Positions 34,073 through 45,228 of a DNA stretch of 64,000 nucleotides are shown here, piece after piece. The stretch's first letter is position 1, and each line of letters begins with the position of its first letter. The notes under the pieces were generated by a model. It was not told the origin of the DNA. It searched no databases and saw nothing but the letters and a program-made list of their open reading frames with translations. Position numbers and translations under genes: made by a program. Source of the stretch: Patescibacteria group bacterium (lineage in GTDB: Bacteria; Patescibacteriota; Minisyncoccia; Phycocordibacterales; CSBR16-119); NCBI GenBank assembly GCA_030917865.1, contig JAUPTX010000001.1, forward strand, positions 365-64,364, read 5' to 3'.

Positions 34073-35134
34073 ATGGATACAAATCAAAAACTCTCAAAAA
34101 TAATAGAAGACGCTATAGTGGCAGGAGGATCAGACATTCATCTTTCTTCTGGGCGTATTCCTGCAATGCGCGTTAATTCTGTTTTGGTAAATATTGTAAA
34201 TCAAAATTCAATAACTCAAGCTGAGATTTTTGACTTCCTTAAAATAATGGTTGAAGACGAAAAAAGCCTTAAAAGATTTTTGGATGAACAAGAGCTAGAC
34301 TTCGCATATGATTTTAAGCCAGGGGTGCGACTTCGAGGAAATGCATTTTTTCAAAAAGGTGAGATATCGATAGCTCTTCGTATTATTCCTCACGTAAAAA
34401 CTTTTAAAGAATTAAATCTTCCAGAACAACTAAGTCAGTTCGCGTACAAAAAACAAGGTTTCTTTTTGGTGGTTGGCCCTGTTGGACAGGGCAAGTCAAC
34501 AACAATGGCTGCGATAATCGACACGATTAACAAAGAGAGAGCCGAACATATAATCACAATAGAAGAACCTATTGAGTATATTTTTGAATCTAAAAAATCT
34601 ATAATAGATCAAAGAGAGGTTGGTATTGATACAAAAAGTTTTGAATCAGCGCTAAAATCGGCATTCCGTGAAGACGCAAACGTCTTGATGATTGGAGAAA
34701 TGAGAAGCCCGGAAACTATTTCTGCTGCCGTAACCGCTGCTGAAACAGGCCACTTTGTGATATCAACACTTCACACCAACAATGCGTCTCAGACTATAGA
34801 CCGTATTATAGATTCTTTCCCTGGTGCTCAGCAGTCTCAGATTAGAAACCAATTAGCTAGCTCTCTTCTTGGAATATTTTCTCAACGTTTAGTGCCTCGT
34901 GTTTCCGGAGGGCTTGTTCCTGCTTATGAACTTTTGATTAATACAAAAGCTACAGCAAACCTTATAAGAGAGGGTAGAACTCACGAAGTTGATATGTTAA
35001 TAGAAACTGGCTCAGAACATGGGATGATAGATATGAATCACTCTTTGGTTGAGCTTGTAAGAAAAGGTGAAATATCTGTAGATGACGCTAGAAGATTTTC
35101 TCTTAACCCTAAAGCTTTTGATAATTTACTATAA
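34073..35134 (+). CDS. pilT: Type IV pilus retraction ATPase PilT
   Basis: 353 aa. GPVGQGKSTTMAA, IITIEEPIEY, LMIGEMRS, STLHTNNA. Confidence 0.88.
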   Translation: MDTNQKLSKIIEDAIVAGGSDIHLSSGRIPAMRVNSVLVNIVNQNSITQAEIFDFLKIMVEDEKSLKRFLDEQELDFAYDFKPGVRLRGNAFFQKGEISIALRIIPHVKTFKELNLPEQLSQFAYKKQGFFLVVGPVGQGKSTTMAAIIDTINKERAEHIITIEEPIEYIFESKKSIIDQREVGIDTKSFESALKSAFREDANVLMIGEMRSPETISAAVTAAETGHFVISTLHTNNASQTIDRIIDSFPGAQQSQIRNQLASSLLGIFSQRLVPRVSGGLVPAYELLINTKATANLIREGRTHEVDMLIETGSEHGMIDMNHSLVELVRKGEISVDDARRFSLNPKAFDNLL

Positions 35135-35151
35135 TACTTTACAATTAAGTT

Positions 35152-36354
35152 ATGCTTTTTAAATACACAGCTCTAGATAAAAATGGAAAAAAGACTCAAG
35201 GCGAAATAGACGCCTTGAATAAGACTGTGGCAATTTCTGCTCTTCAAAGAAGAGATCTTATTGTTGTGACAATAAAAGGTGACGAAGATAGATCTATATT
35301 AAAAGCATCTTTTTTTGATAGAGTTCCGTTAAAAGATGTTGTTATTGCATCAAGACAACTTTCTACACTTTTCACCGCAAACGTTTCTGCATTAAAAGCA
35401 TTCACTCTTTTGGCATCTAATGCTGAAAATAAAATGCTAGCAAGTCAGCTTCAAAGAATAGGTGACGACTTGCAAGCCGGCTCTTCTATCTCAGACGCTT
35501 TGGGCAAATTTCCAAACACCTTTTCGTTGTTTTATGTAAACATGGTAAAAGCCGGAGAAGAATCTGGTAAATTAAACGAAACTTTTCAATATTTGGCTGA
35601 CTATTTAGACAGACAATACGCCCTAACTTCAAAAACAAGAAGTGCTTTGATATACCCAGCTTTCGTGGTTGTTGTGTTTATTGCTGTGATGCTTTTGATG
35701 TTTACGATGGTTATACCAAACCTATCTCAGCTTCTAGTTGAATCTGGTCAAGAGATTCCTTTTTATACACGAATAGTTATAGGTATTAGTAATTTTATAA
35801 TAGATTACGGAGTGTTTATCGCGATTGCTCTTATTTTAGGTGCAGTTTATGTTCTTTGGTTTAGGAGAAATGATTCAGGAAAAGAATATATAGACAGGAT
35901 GAAACTAAGTATTCCTGTTTTAGGAGATTTGTATAAAAAAGTTTATCTTTCTCGTATATCGGATAACTTAAATACAATGCTTTCTTCTGGTATTTCCATA
36001 ATTCGTTCTATAGAGATAACAAGCGAAGTGGTGAACAATTACGTTTATAAGGGAATTCTTAACGAAACAAAAGAAGATGTAAAATCAGGAAGTTCTCTTT
36101 CAAACGCTTTAAACAAACACAAAGAAATACCGCAGATTATGATTCAGATGGTGCAGGTGGGTGAAGAGACTGGGTCTTTGGGTTCTATACTTAAAACCCT
36201 CGCAGAGTTTTATAGGCGAGAAGTAGACGACGCCGTTGATACGATGATCGGACTTATCGAGCCTGTTATGATCGTCGGGCTTGCTGTTGGTGTAGGTATC
36301 TTGCTTACTTCTATTCTTATTCCGATTTACAATATCGCAAGTTCTATTTCTTAA
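35152..36354 (+). CDS. pilC: Type IV pilus platform protein PilC (GspF family)
   Basis: 400 aa with two GspF-type repeats and three TM segments. Confidence 0.9.
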   Translation: MLFKYTALDKNGKKTQGEIDALNKTVAISALQRRDLIVVTIKGDEDRSILKASFFDRVPLKDVVIASRQLSTLFTANVSALKAFTLLASNAENKMLASQLQRIGDDLQAGSSISDALGKFPNTFSLFYVNMVKAGEESGKLNETFQYLADYLDRQYALTSKTRSALIYPAFVVVVFIAVMLLMFTMVIPNLSQLLVESGQEIPFYTRIVIGISNFIIDYGVFIAIALILGAVYVLWFRRNDSGKEYIDRMKLSIPVLGDLYKKVYLSRISDNLNTMLSSGISIIRSIEITSEVVNNYVYKGILNETKEDVKSGSSLSNALNKHKEIPQIMIQMVQVGEETGSLGSILKTLAEFYRREVDDAVDTMIGLIEPVMIVGLAVGVGILLTSILIPIYNIASSIS

Positions 36355-36360
36355 AGATAT

Positions 36361-36383
36361 GCCGGCTCGCTTCGTTCGCCGGC
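36361..36383 (+). terminator. Hairpin after pilC (no T-run; a weak terminator or a processing site)
   Basis: GCCGGC-TCGCTTCGTTC-GCCGGC. Confidence 0.35.
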
Positions 36384-36437
36384 ACGACCCAAGATTTCCA
36401 CAGATTTACCAAAAAACGCTTTCGTCTTTTAAAATCG

Positions 36438-36446
36438 TGTTATAAT
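36438..36446 (+). promoter_or_regulatory. Extended -10 element upstream of the pilin gene
   Basis: TGTTATAAT, 38 nt upstream of the ATG at 36484. Confidence 0.4.
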
Positions 36447-36483
36447 TAAATTGTTTAAAAATTATTAAAACTAAATATTATTT

Positions 36484-36915
36484 ATGAATAGAAAAAGTTT
36501 ACAAAAAGGTTTTACATTGATTGAGCTTTTGGTGGTTGTTGCCATCATTGGTATTCTTTCAGCTATCGTTCTTGTTTCTCTAAACAGCGCGAGAGAAAAG
36601 GGTAGAGATGCATCTGCAAAAGGAAGTATGTCTTCAATTAGAGCTGCTGCTGAAATTTATTTTGATACAAATAACGTTTCTTATGCTGGGGTTTGTGCTT
36701 CTCCAGACGTACTTTCTCTTATAGCTGCTGCAGAGCGTCAAACATCAGGAACTGTTAATTGTACGGAGAGTGACGATGCTTTTGCTGCAAGTATTGCACT
36801 AAATACATCACCAAATGTTTTCTGTGTAGATTCAACTGGTTTTGCTGGAGATTTTGATTCTCAAGGAAACCAAGTTATTGATCAAGGTTCAGCTACCTCT
36901 TGTCAAACTAACTAA
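36484..36915 (+). CDS. pilA: Type IV major pilin
   Basis: Class III signal KG|FTLIELLVVVAIIGILSAIVL with Glu5. C-terminal Cys pair. Confidence 0.9.
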   Translation: MNRKSLQKGFTLIELLVVVAIIGILSAIVLVSLNSAREKGRDASAKGSMSSIRAAAEIYFDTNNVSYAGVCASPDVLSLIAAAERQTSGTVNCTESDDAFAASIALNTSPNVFCVDSTGFAGDFDSQGNQVIDQGSATSCQTN

Positions 36916-36924
36916 ATTATTTCC

Positions 36925-36950
36925 AAAACCCCCGCTTCGGCGGGGTTTTT
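36925..36950 (+). terminator. Rho-independent terminator after the pilin gene
   Basis: AAAACCCCCGC-TTCG-GCGGGGTTTTT. Confidence 0.9.
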
Positions 36951-37009
36951 GTTTTGGGTTTTCCAGTTGAAAATTATTTTATTTCTATTTATCAATATAT
37001 AATTAAGCC

Positions 37010-37786
37010 ATGGGATTAATTTATATTTTAATTTTTGTCTTTGGTGCGATAATCGGAAGTTTTTTGAACGTTGTTATCGACAGATGGAATACTGGCGTAG
37101 GGCTCGGTGGCAGATCAAAATGCGACGCAACAGGTAAACCTTTAGCATGGTATGAACTTATACCTATTGTTAGTTATATTCTCCAAGGTGGTAAATCGAT
37201 ACACTCTAAAACTCCACTTTCTATTCAGTACCCACTAGTTGAGATGGCTACAGGGTTTGTTTTTGTTTTAATTTTTTTAAAATTCTGGCCACTTGCGTTT
37301 CGTTTTCCGCCAGATTTTATGTTCGGTCTTTTGTTTAACTTTATAATCTTCAGTATTTTAACCATAATATTTGTTTACGATTTAAAGCATAAAATAATCC
37401 CAGACTTTTTTGTTTGGATTTTTAACTCATTGGTTTTATTAAATGTTTTAGTGTTTTATCCAAATATTTTGCATATTCTTGCGGGGCCGATAGTTGCTTT
37501 GCCGCTTTTTTTGCTTTGGATTGTGTCAAAAGGTAGGTGGATAGGTTTTGGTGATGTGAAATTTGCTTTAGGTATGGGGTGGATGCTCGGTATTTCTTCA
37601 GGCTTTTCTGCACTTCTTATATCTTTTTGGATTGGTGCTTTGGTCGGGATAGTTCTGTTGCTTTCAAAAATTTTAAAGAATCACGAAATCCCCTTTGCAC
37701 CATTTTTAATTATCGGAACATTCTTAACTTTTTTGTATAATATAGATATGCAAAGCGTCGGTTTGTTTTTCATGAACTTAATCTAA
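37010..37786 (+). CDS. pilD: Prepilin peptidase (A24 family)
   Basis: Polytopic, with catalytic Asp contexts VYDLKHKIIPD and GFGDVKFALGMG. Confidence 0.9.
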   Translation: MGLIYILIFVFGAIIGSFLNVVIDRWNTGVGLGGRSKCDATGKPLAWYELIPIVSYILQGGKSIHSKTPLSIQYPLVEMATGFVFVLIFLKFWPLAFRFPPDFMFGLLFNFIIFSILTIIFVYDLKHKIIPDFFVWIFNSLVLLNVLVFYPNILHILAGPIVALPLFLLWIVSKGRWIGFGDVKFALGMGWMLGISSGFSALLISFWIGALVGIVLLLSKILKNHEIPFAPFLIIGTFLTFLYNIDMQSVGLFFMNLI

Positions 37787-37787
37787 A

Positions 37788-38528
37788 ATGAAAATTTTCA
37801 AATTTAAAAATCACAATAAAGGAATGACGTTTATCGAGCTCATAGTTGTTATTGGTATTTTCGCTGCTATTTCTGGAACGGTTCTTTTTAACTATAGAGA
37901 TTTTAGCGACGGTATTAAATTACAAAATCTTTCTCAGGAAATAGCTCTTCAGGGCAAGCGAGCACAAACCTTGGCTTCGCAAGGTAGAAGACCTGTTTTA
38001 TCAAACGCTCAAAGTACAAACGGTATTGATAATTTTTTACCTTTTAATTGGGTTTCTAGTTATGGTATTGCTTTTGATTCTAATTTTCAAGATCGCTTTA
38101 TCTTTTATTTTAATAGTCCTGAATATTATTTTGATCAAACTTTAACAGATGGAACTCCTGACGAACTAAGGGTAAATAGGTCTTTAGACTTTTTTGATTT
38201 TGCTGATGGTAACTATCAAGCTGGCTGCGGTTCTGCAACTTCTGAGTGCCTCGAAGAGTTTTTGATAACCGATGGTTCGAGAATCGATCTTATATGTGCG
38301 AACAGTGAGCCTGTGGGCCCAAACGCTGACCCTGAATGTACCGAAGGTGTACTTTTAAACACTCTTCACGTTTCTTATACTAGACCGTTTCTTGAAAGTT
38401 ATATTTTAGGTGACGACGGTAGCGGGCTTTCTGAATTAGCATATGCTTTTATTAGAGTTACGACTCAAGACGGCGACCAAAAAAGATATATTACATTTTG
38501 GAATACTGGACAAATTTCAGTTAATTAA
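37788..38528 (+). CDS. Minor pilin (GspH/FimT-like)
   Basis: Prepilin signal KG|MTFIELIVVIGIFAAISG. Confidence 0.75.
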   Translation: MKIFKFKNHNKGMTFIELIVVIGIFAAISGTVLFNYRDFSDGIKLQNLSQEIALQGKRAQTLASQGRRPVLSNAQSTNGIDNFLPFNWVSSYGIAFDSNFQDRFIFYFNSPEYYFDQTLTDGTPDELRVNRSLDFFDFADGNYQAGCGSATSECLEEFLITDGSRIDLICANSEPVGPNADPECTEGVLLNTLHVSYTRPFLESYILGDDGSGLSELAYAFIRVTTQDGDQKRYITFWNTGQISVN

Positions 38529-38530
38529 AA

Positions 38531-39157
38531 ATGAAAATAAAAAATACAAAAAATAATAAAGGATTTACTTTGATAGAGGTGATGATATCCGTCGGTCTTT
38601 TTACTGTTATTATGATTATCGGTATTACTGCTATTTTGGGTGTTAATAATACATATAGAAAATCTAGAAGTATGCGCGCCGCTATTGATAACCTGAGTTT
38701 TATAATGGAAGATATGTCTAGAAATATTAGATTGGGATATTCTTATCGATGTCTTGATTCAATAGAAGTTGTGCCAACGGAAATAGAAGAACCTCGTGAT
38801 GGTTTTGGATGTAAGGGTATCGCGTTTGAACCGTTTTGGGACCCTGTCTCTGGTGACTCAGGAGATCAGGTTATTTATTATATTTTTGAAGATCCCAATA
38901 CCGGTATCGGAAGTATATTTAAATCTGATGCCGGAGGGGTCGATGGATCTTTTTCTCCTATGAATTCTTTGAATGTAGATATCGACCCTATAAAATCATC
39001 ATTTTTTATTGTTGGAGCAGAGTCTGATAGCGATTTCACTCAGCCTTTTGTGGCTATAAATTTATCTGGAGTAGCTAGTTCTTCGAGTCAGTCAACAGAT
39101 TTCAGTCTTCAGACATTTGTCACTCAAAGATTATTAGACGCACCTTTAAATCCATAA
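38531..39157 (+). CDS. Minor pilin
   Basis: Prepilin signal KG|FTLIEVMISVGLFTVIMI. Confidence 0.75.
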   Translation: MKIKNTKNNKGFTLIEVMISVGLFTVIMIIGITAILGVNNTYRKSRSMRAAIDNLSFIMEDMSRNIRLGYSYRCLDSIEVVPTEIEEPRDGFGCKGIAFEPFWDPVSGDSGDQVIYYIFEDPNTGIGSIFKSDAGGVDGSFSPMNSLNVDIDPIKSSFFIVGAESDSDFTQPFVAINLSGVASSSSQSTDFSLQTFVTQRLLDAPLNP

Positions 39158-39159
39158 TT

Positions 39160-39699
39160 ATGAAATTTTTTAAATTTAAAAAAGAATCAGGGTTTACTTT
39201 GGTTGAAACGCTTGTTGCGATAGCTATTTTTGCAACCGCCATTACTGGGCTTATTGTTATATCGGGAAGAGGTATAAACGACAATGTATTTGTTAAAAAT
39301 AAATTAACAGCTTCTTATCTTGCTCAGGAGGGTGTGGAAATTATTAGAATGATGAGAGACAATGCCGCTTTGGCTAACCCATCTTCTGATTATTGGGAAA
39401 ACTTTATAAACAACATAGATGTTTGTTATTCGCCGGATGGAACAGACGTGTGTTGGGTTGACCCCGCTGGTCCTTCTATTGGTCCTTGTGATAATCAAAT
39501 CTGTGAAAACTTGGGGTACGATGAATATACTGGTATTTATGGATATGGATTTGAAGAATCAATATTTAATAGAGAGGTAAGAGTCGTTCCTGTGGAAGAT
39601 TACGAAGAGATTTTGATTATATCTGACGTTTCTTGGACCCAGGGTAGCAATACCTACAAGACTTCTTATCAGTATAATCTTTTAAATTGGGTTTATTAA
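39160..39699 (+). CDS. Minor pilin
   Basis: Prepilin signal SG|FTLVETLVAIAIFATAITG. Confidence 0.75.
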   Translation: MKFFKFKKESGFTLVETLVAIAIFATAITGLIVISGRGINDNVFVKNKLTASYLAQEGVEIIRMMRDNAALANPSSDYWENFINNIDVCYSPDGTDVCWVDPAGPSIGPCDNQICENLGYDEYTGIYGYGFEESIFNREVRVVPVEDYEEILIISDVSWTQGSNTYKTSYQYNLLNWVY

Positions 39700-39700
39700 C

Positions 39701-40192
39701 ATGAATTTTAAATATCAAAAAGATAAAGGTTTCGTCGCACTGTTCACTGTTTTGTTAGTGAGTGTTATTTTAGCAATGGCTGTCGGCATCGCTTCTATTT
39801 CTTTGAAAGAAATCGTTCTTTCTTCTTCTGCTTCAGAAGGAAACAAGGCTTTTTATGCTGCTGATTCTGGTATTGAATGCGCTCTTTATTTTGACAAGAT
39901 TAATCTTGTGCCTGGAACCCTTCTTCAGAGTTTGGTCTGTAATGGAAATAATTATATTTTAGTAGATGGTTTCCCTGATCCTGGTCCGACAAGTAATAGT
40001 TTAACAGACGAAGTTTATAATTTTGCTATACCTTTTGGAGCAAACGATGAACTTTGTGCTGATATTCAAGTTGAGAGAGCTATTATTGGAGAGGTTTTCT
40101 CTACAAGAATAGAATCAAAAGGAAGTAATGTTGCCTGTGATGATGATAGTAATCCTAAAAAGGTTGAGAGATCTATTAGAGTTACTTATTAA
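39701..40192 (+). CDS. PilX-like pilin-related protein (no Glu5)
   Basis: KG|FVALFTVLLVSVILAMAVG. It is the last gene of the minor-pilin block. Confidence 0.6.
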   Translation: MNFKYQKDKGFVALFTVLLVSVILAMAVGIASISLKEIVLSSSASEGNKAFYAADSGIECALYFDKINLVPGTLLQSLVCNGNNYILVDGFPDPGPTSNSLTDEVYNFAIPFGANDELCADIQVERAIIGEVFSTRIESKGSNVACDDDSNPKKVERSIRVTY

Positions 40193-40199
40193 TTTAAAT

Positions 40200-40243
40200 A
40201 AAAGCCCGGCGAATGGGTGCTCGCACCCATTCGCCGGGCTTTT
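40200..40243 (+). terminator. Strong terminator (17-bp GC-rich stem)
   Basis: GCCCGGCGAATGGGTGC-TC-GCACCCATTCGCCGGGC with A-run and T-run flanks. Confidence 0.9.
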
Positions 40244-40261
40244 ATTTTTAGTGTAAAATAG

Positions 40262-42283
<2,022 letters not shown>

Positions 42284-42322
42284 ATCCTTTCAAAAAAGCT
42301 GTTTTTAGGGTAATATTTGGGC

Positions 42323-42598
42323 ATGACAAACGAAGATATTTTAAAGCTGGGCGAGCTTGCTAAAATCGAAATTAAGCCAGAGGAAATCGAATCTTTTAAA
42401 AAAGACTTCGAATCTATTTTGGGATATATAAAGCAAATAGAGTCTGTAGATGTGGGCGATGTTTCGCCAAGTTATTTAACAGAAAATATAGCAAGAGAAG
42501 ATGTGTCAAAAAATACACCAGGAGAGTTTTCTTCTGATTTACTTTCTTCTGCGCCAAACACCGAAAATGGATTTATTAAAGTTAAGAAAATTCTGTAA
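42323..42598 (+). CDS. gatC: Glu/Asp-tRNA amidotransferase subunit C
   Basis: About 91 aa, directly before gatA. LAKIEIKPEE ... ILGYIKQIESVDV. Confidence 0.85.
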   Translation: MTNEDILKLGELAKIEIKPEEIESFKKDFESILGYIKQIESVDVGDVSPSYLTENIAREDVSKNTPGEFSSDLLSSAPNTENGFIKVKKIL

Positions 42599-42604
42599 TA
42601 CTTT

Positions 42605-44014
42605 ATGATAGATCTTAAAAAACTCACAATTAAAAAAGCACAAGACGGTCTACGGAACAAAGAATTTACTTCTTTGGAGTTGACGAATGCCTATATCGAG
42701 GAAATAAAAAAGACGAACGAAAATATAAATGCGTATTTAGAAATTTTTGAAGATGCGATAGATCAGGCAAAAAAAGCAGATGAAATAATTTCAAAAGGCG
42801 AATCAAAAACTTTGACCGGTGTTCCTCTGGCAATAAAAGACAACCTGCTTTTTAAGGATCACAAAGCAGGAGCCTCTTCTAAAATTTTAGAAGGATACTT
42901 TTCGACTTATGATGCGAAAGTTATAGAAACCCTAAAAGAAGAAGGCGCTGTGATAATCGGTCGAACAAATATGGATGAGTTTGCCATGGGATCTTCTACA
43001 GAAACTTCTGCTTATGGGATTACAAAAAACCCGAAAGCTCCGCATACAGTTGCAGGGGGTTCGTCTGGTGGTTCAGCAGCCACTGTGGCAGGCGATATGG
43101 CTCTTTTTTCACTCGGATCTGATACAGGTGGATCTATCAGACAGCCTGCTGGATTTTGCGGTATTGTCGGACTAAAACCTACATATGGAACTATTTCTCG
43201 AAGTGGTCTTATGGCGATGGGTTCATCACTCGATATTATTGGACCTTTTACAAAATCTGTAGAAGATGCAGAAATTGTTTTTAATACTTTAGCAAAAGAA
43301 GATGCGAAAGACAGTACATGTGTTTTAGAAAAAGACAGAATTTGCGAAAAGAAGGAGGTTAAGAAAATCGGTGTGCCGAGAAGTTTTTTAAAGGGTGAAG
43401 GAATAAATAAGGAAACGCTTGAGAATTTTGAAAAAAGTTTAGACAAACTTCGCGGGCTTGGATATGAAATCGTTGATATTGATATTCCGCTTATGGAATA
43501 TTCTTTGGCTGTTTATTACGTTTTGATGCCTGCTGAAGTTTCTACAAATCTTTCTCGTTTTGACGGTATACGATACGGGCTTTCTATTTCTGGAAAAGAT
43601 GTTGCTGAATCATACAAGAAAACAAAAGAAGCTGGATTTGGAAAAGAGGCAAAGCGAAGAATCTTGCTTGGGACTTACGTTCTGTCTCATGGATACTATG
43701 ACGCCTACTACAACAAGGCTGTAAAATTACGACACAAGATTACAGAAGAAATGAAAAAAGTTTTCAACGAGGTTGATTTGATAGCGACTCCAACAACACC
43801 GTCACCAGCATTCGCGCCTGGTGCAAAAGCAAGTCCTTTGGAAATGTATCTTTCAGATATTTTTACAGTGCCGGCAAATATTACTGGCGTGCCTGCAATC
43901 TCAATACCAGCTGGAAATTCTTCTGAAGGATTACCTCTAGATATACAATTCATGGCTCCACATTTTGGGGAAAAACTATTATTTGAAGTTGGAAAGAAAT
44001 TTGAGGTAAAATAG
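42605..44014 (+). CDS. gatA: Glu/Asp-tRNA amidotransferase subunit A
   Basis: Amidase signature GGSSGGSAATVA ... GSDTGGSIRQPA. Confidence 0.95.
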   Translation: MIDLKKLTIKKAQDGLRNKEFTSLELTNAYIEEIKKTNENINAYLEIFEDAIDQAKKADEIISKGESKTLTGVPLAIKDNLLFKDHKAGASSKILEGYFSTYDAKVIETLKEEGAVIIGRTNMDEFAMGSSTETSAYGITKNPKAPHTVAGGSSGGSAATVAGDMALFSLGSDTGGSIRQPAGFCGIVGLKPTYGTISRSGLMAMGSSLDIIGPFTKSVEDAEIVFNTLAKEDAKDSTCVLEKDRICEKKEVKKIGVPRSFLKGEGINKETLENFEKSLDKLRGLGYEIVDIDIPLMEYSLAVYYVLMPAEVSTNLSRFDGIRYGLSISGKDVAESYKKTKEAGFGKEAKRRILLGTYVLSHGYYDAYYNKAVKLRHKITEEMKKVFNEVDLIATPTTPSPAFAPGAKASPLEMYLSDIFTVPANITGVPAISIPAGNSSEGLPLDIQFMAPHFGEKLLFEVGKKFEVK

Positions 44015-44018
44015 AATC

Positions 44019-44591
44019 ATGCAATCTTTAAACATAGAATATATTTTTCAGAAACTGTATAAACTAATCACAGAAGGTTTTTCTGCTGGTCCAGGAACTG
44101 GCGAGATTAAAAACTTTGTAAATATTGTTGATAATATTTTAACTTTTATTTTTTCTATTATTGCAATAATAGCTATCACTGTTATTTTGTACGTGATAGT
44201 TAGAAAAATGGAGATGTCTCAAGAAAAGGCGAAAAAGCTAAGTCGCCCACTAGAAGCAGATATTGAACCAATGAGAAAAAATGACAGATGGCAAAAGGTT
44301 TTAGATCATGTTTATTCGCAAAATCCATCTGATTGGAGGTTGGCGATAATCGAGGCCGATACTATTTTAGAAGAGATGGTGACGCGAATGGGATATAAAG
44401 GTGATAACTTGGGAGAAAAATTAAAATCTGTTGAGCCTTCAGATTTCAATACCTTGCAAGATGCTTGGGGGGCTCACAAAGTAAGAAACAAAATTGCCCA
44501 TGAGGGTTTGAACTTTCAAATTGACCACAGAGAAGCAAAAAGAGTTATCGCTTTGTTTGAAAAAGTTTTTAAGGAATTTGAGTTTATTTAG
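44019..44591 (+). CDS. Membrane-anchored protein with a C-terminal Rx4H (HEPN-like, DUF4145-type) motif
   Basis: TM helix ILTFIFSIIAIIAITVILYVIV. The C-terminus reads AWGAHKVRNKIAHEG. The start lies 4 nt after the gatA stop. Confidence 0.4.
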   Translation: MQSLNIEYIFQKLYKLITEGFSAGPGTGEIKNFVNIVDNILTFIFSIIAIIAITVILYVIVRKMEMSQEKAKKLSRPLEADIEPMRKNDRWQKVLDHVYSQNPSDWRLAIIEADTILEEMVTRMGYKGDNLGEKLKSVEPSDFNTLQDAWGAHKVRNKIAHEGLNFQIDHREAKRVIALFEKVFKEFEFI

Positions 44592-44596
44592 TTTTG

Positions 44597-44672
44597 TGGA
44601 GCCAATGACCGGGATTGAACCGGTGACCTCACCCTTACCATGGGTGTGCTCTACCAACTGAGCTACATTGGC
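44597..44672 (-). tRNA. tRNA-Thr (anticodon GGU), CCA encoded
   Basis: GCCAATG-TA-GCTC..GAGC-A-CACCC-ATGGTAA-GGGTG-AGGTC-ACCGG-TTCAATC-CCGGT-CATTGGC-T-CCA. Confidence 0.9.
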
Positions 44673-44786
44673 AATAGTGACATATTAAAACAAAAATCTT
44701 ATAAAAACCAGCTTAAAATATAAAAACTCTCAAAAGAGGGTTTTTATATTTTGTATTACTAAACTCCTAAACGGGGCTTCTTTTTG

Positions 44787-44861
44787 CGCGATTGACGGGA
44801 CTTGAACCCGCAACCTCTCCCGTGACAGGGGAGTGCTCTAACCAAATTGAGCTACAACCGC
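44787..44861 (-). tRNA. tRNA-Asp (anticodon GUC)
   Basis: GCGGTTG..CTCCC-CTGTCAC-GGGAG..GCGGG-TTCAAGT-CCCGT-CAATCGC-G. Confidence 0.9.
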
Positions 44862-44920
44862 ATTATTTCTAACGTCGCAAGTTTATCATAAAAATGACAT
44901 AAATAGCAACACCGAAATTG

Positions 44921-44994
44921 TGTCGAGGGTGGGAGTCGAACCCACGACCTTAGCGTTATGAGTGCTACGCTCTAACCATCTGAGCTACCCCGAC
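44921..44994 (-). tRNA. tRNA-Met (anticodon CAU), elongator type (Ile2 cannot be excluded)
   Basis: GTCGGGG..TAGCA-CTCATAA-CGCTA..GTGGG-TTCGACT-CCCAC-CCTCGAC-A. Positions 1-72 are paired, and there is an A31/C39 mismatch. Confidence 0.8.
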
Positions 44995-45120
44995 AATGAA
45001 ATAAAATTAACACAGATTTGTTATTTTTTCAAGGAATTTCTATGAAAAAATAAAATATTGCAAAAAGTTTAAAAATATGTAGAATTAATAGCACTGTTGT
45101 TTAGTTTCGATCAAGAAATT

Positions 45121-45156
45121 AAATAGTAATATAGCGGGGTAGAGCAGTGGTAGCTC
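45121..45156 (+). pseudogene. Duplicated leader plus 5' 24 nt of the initiator tRNA
   Basis: AAATAGTAATATAGCGGGGTAGAGCAGTGGTAGCTC compared with AAATAATCATATAGCGGGGTAGAGCAGTGGTAGCTC at 45217-45252. No anticodon or T-arm follows. Confidence 0.7.
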
Positions 45157-45228
45157 CAATCCTGACTATAGCGCGAATAGTCTGAATAGGTTTTCGTGAA
45201 GAAGTTAAGCAAAGTTAAATAATCATAT

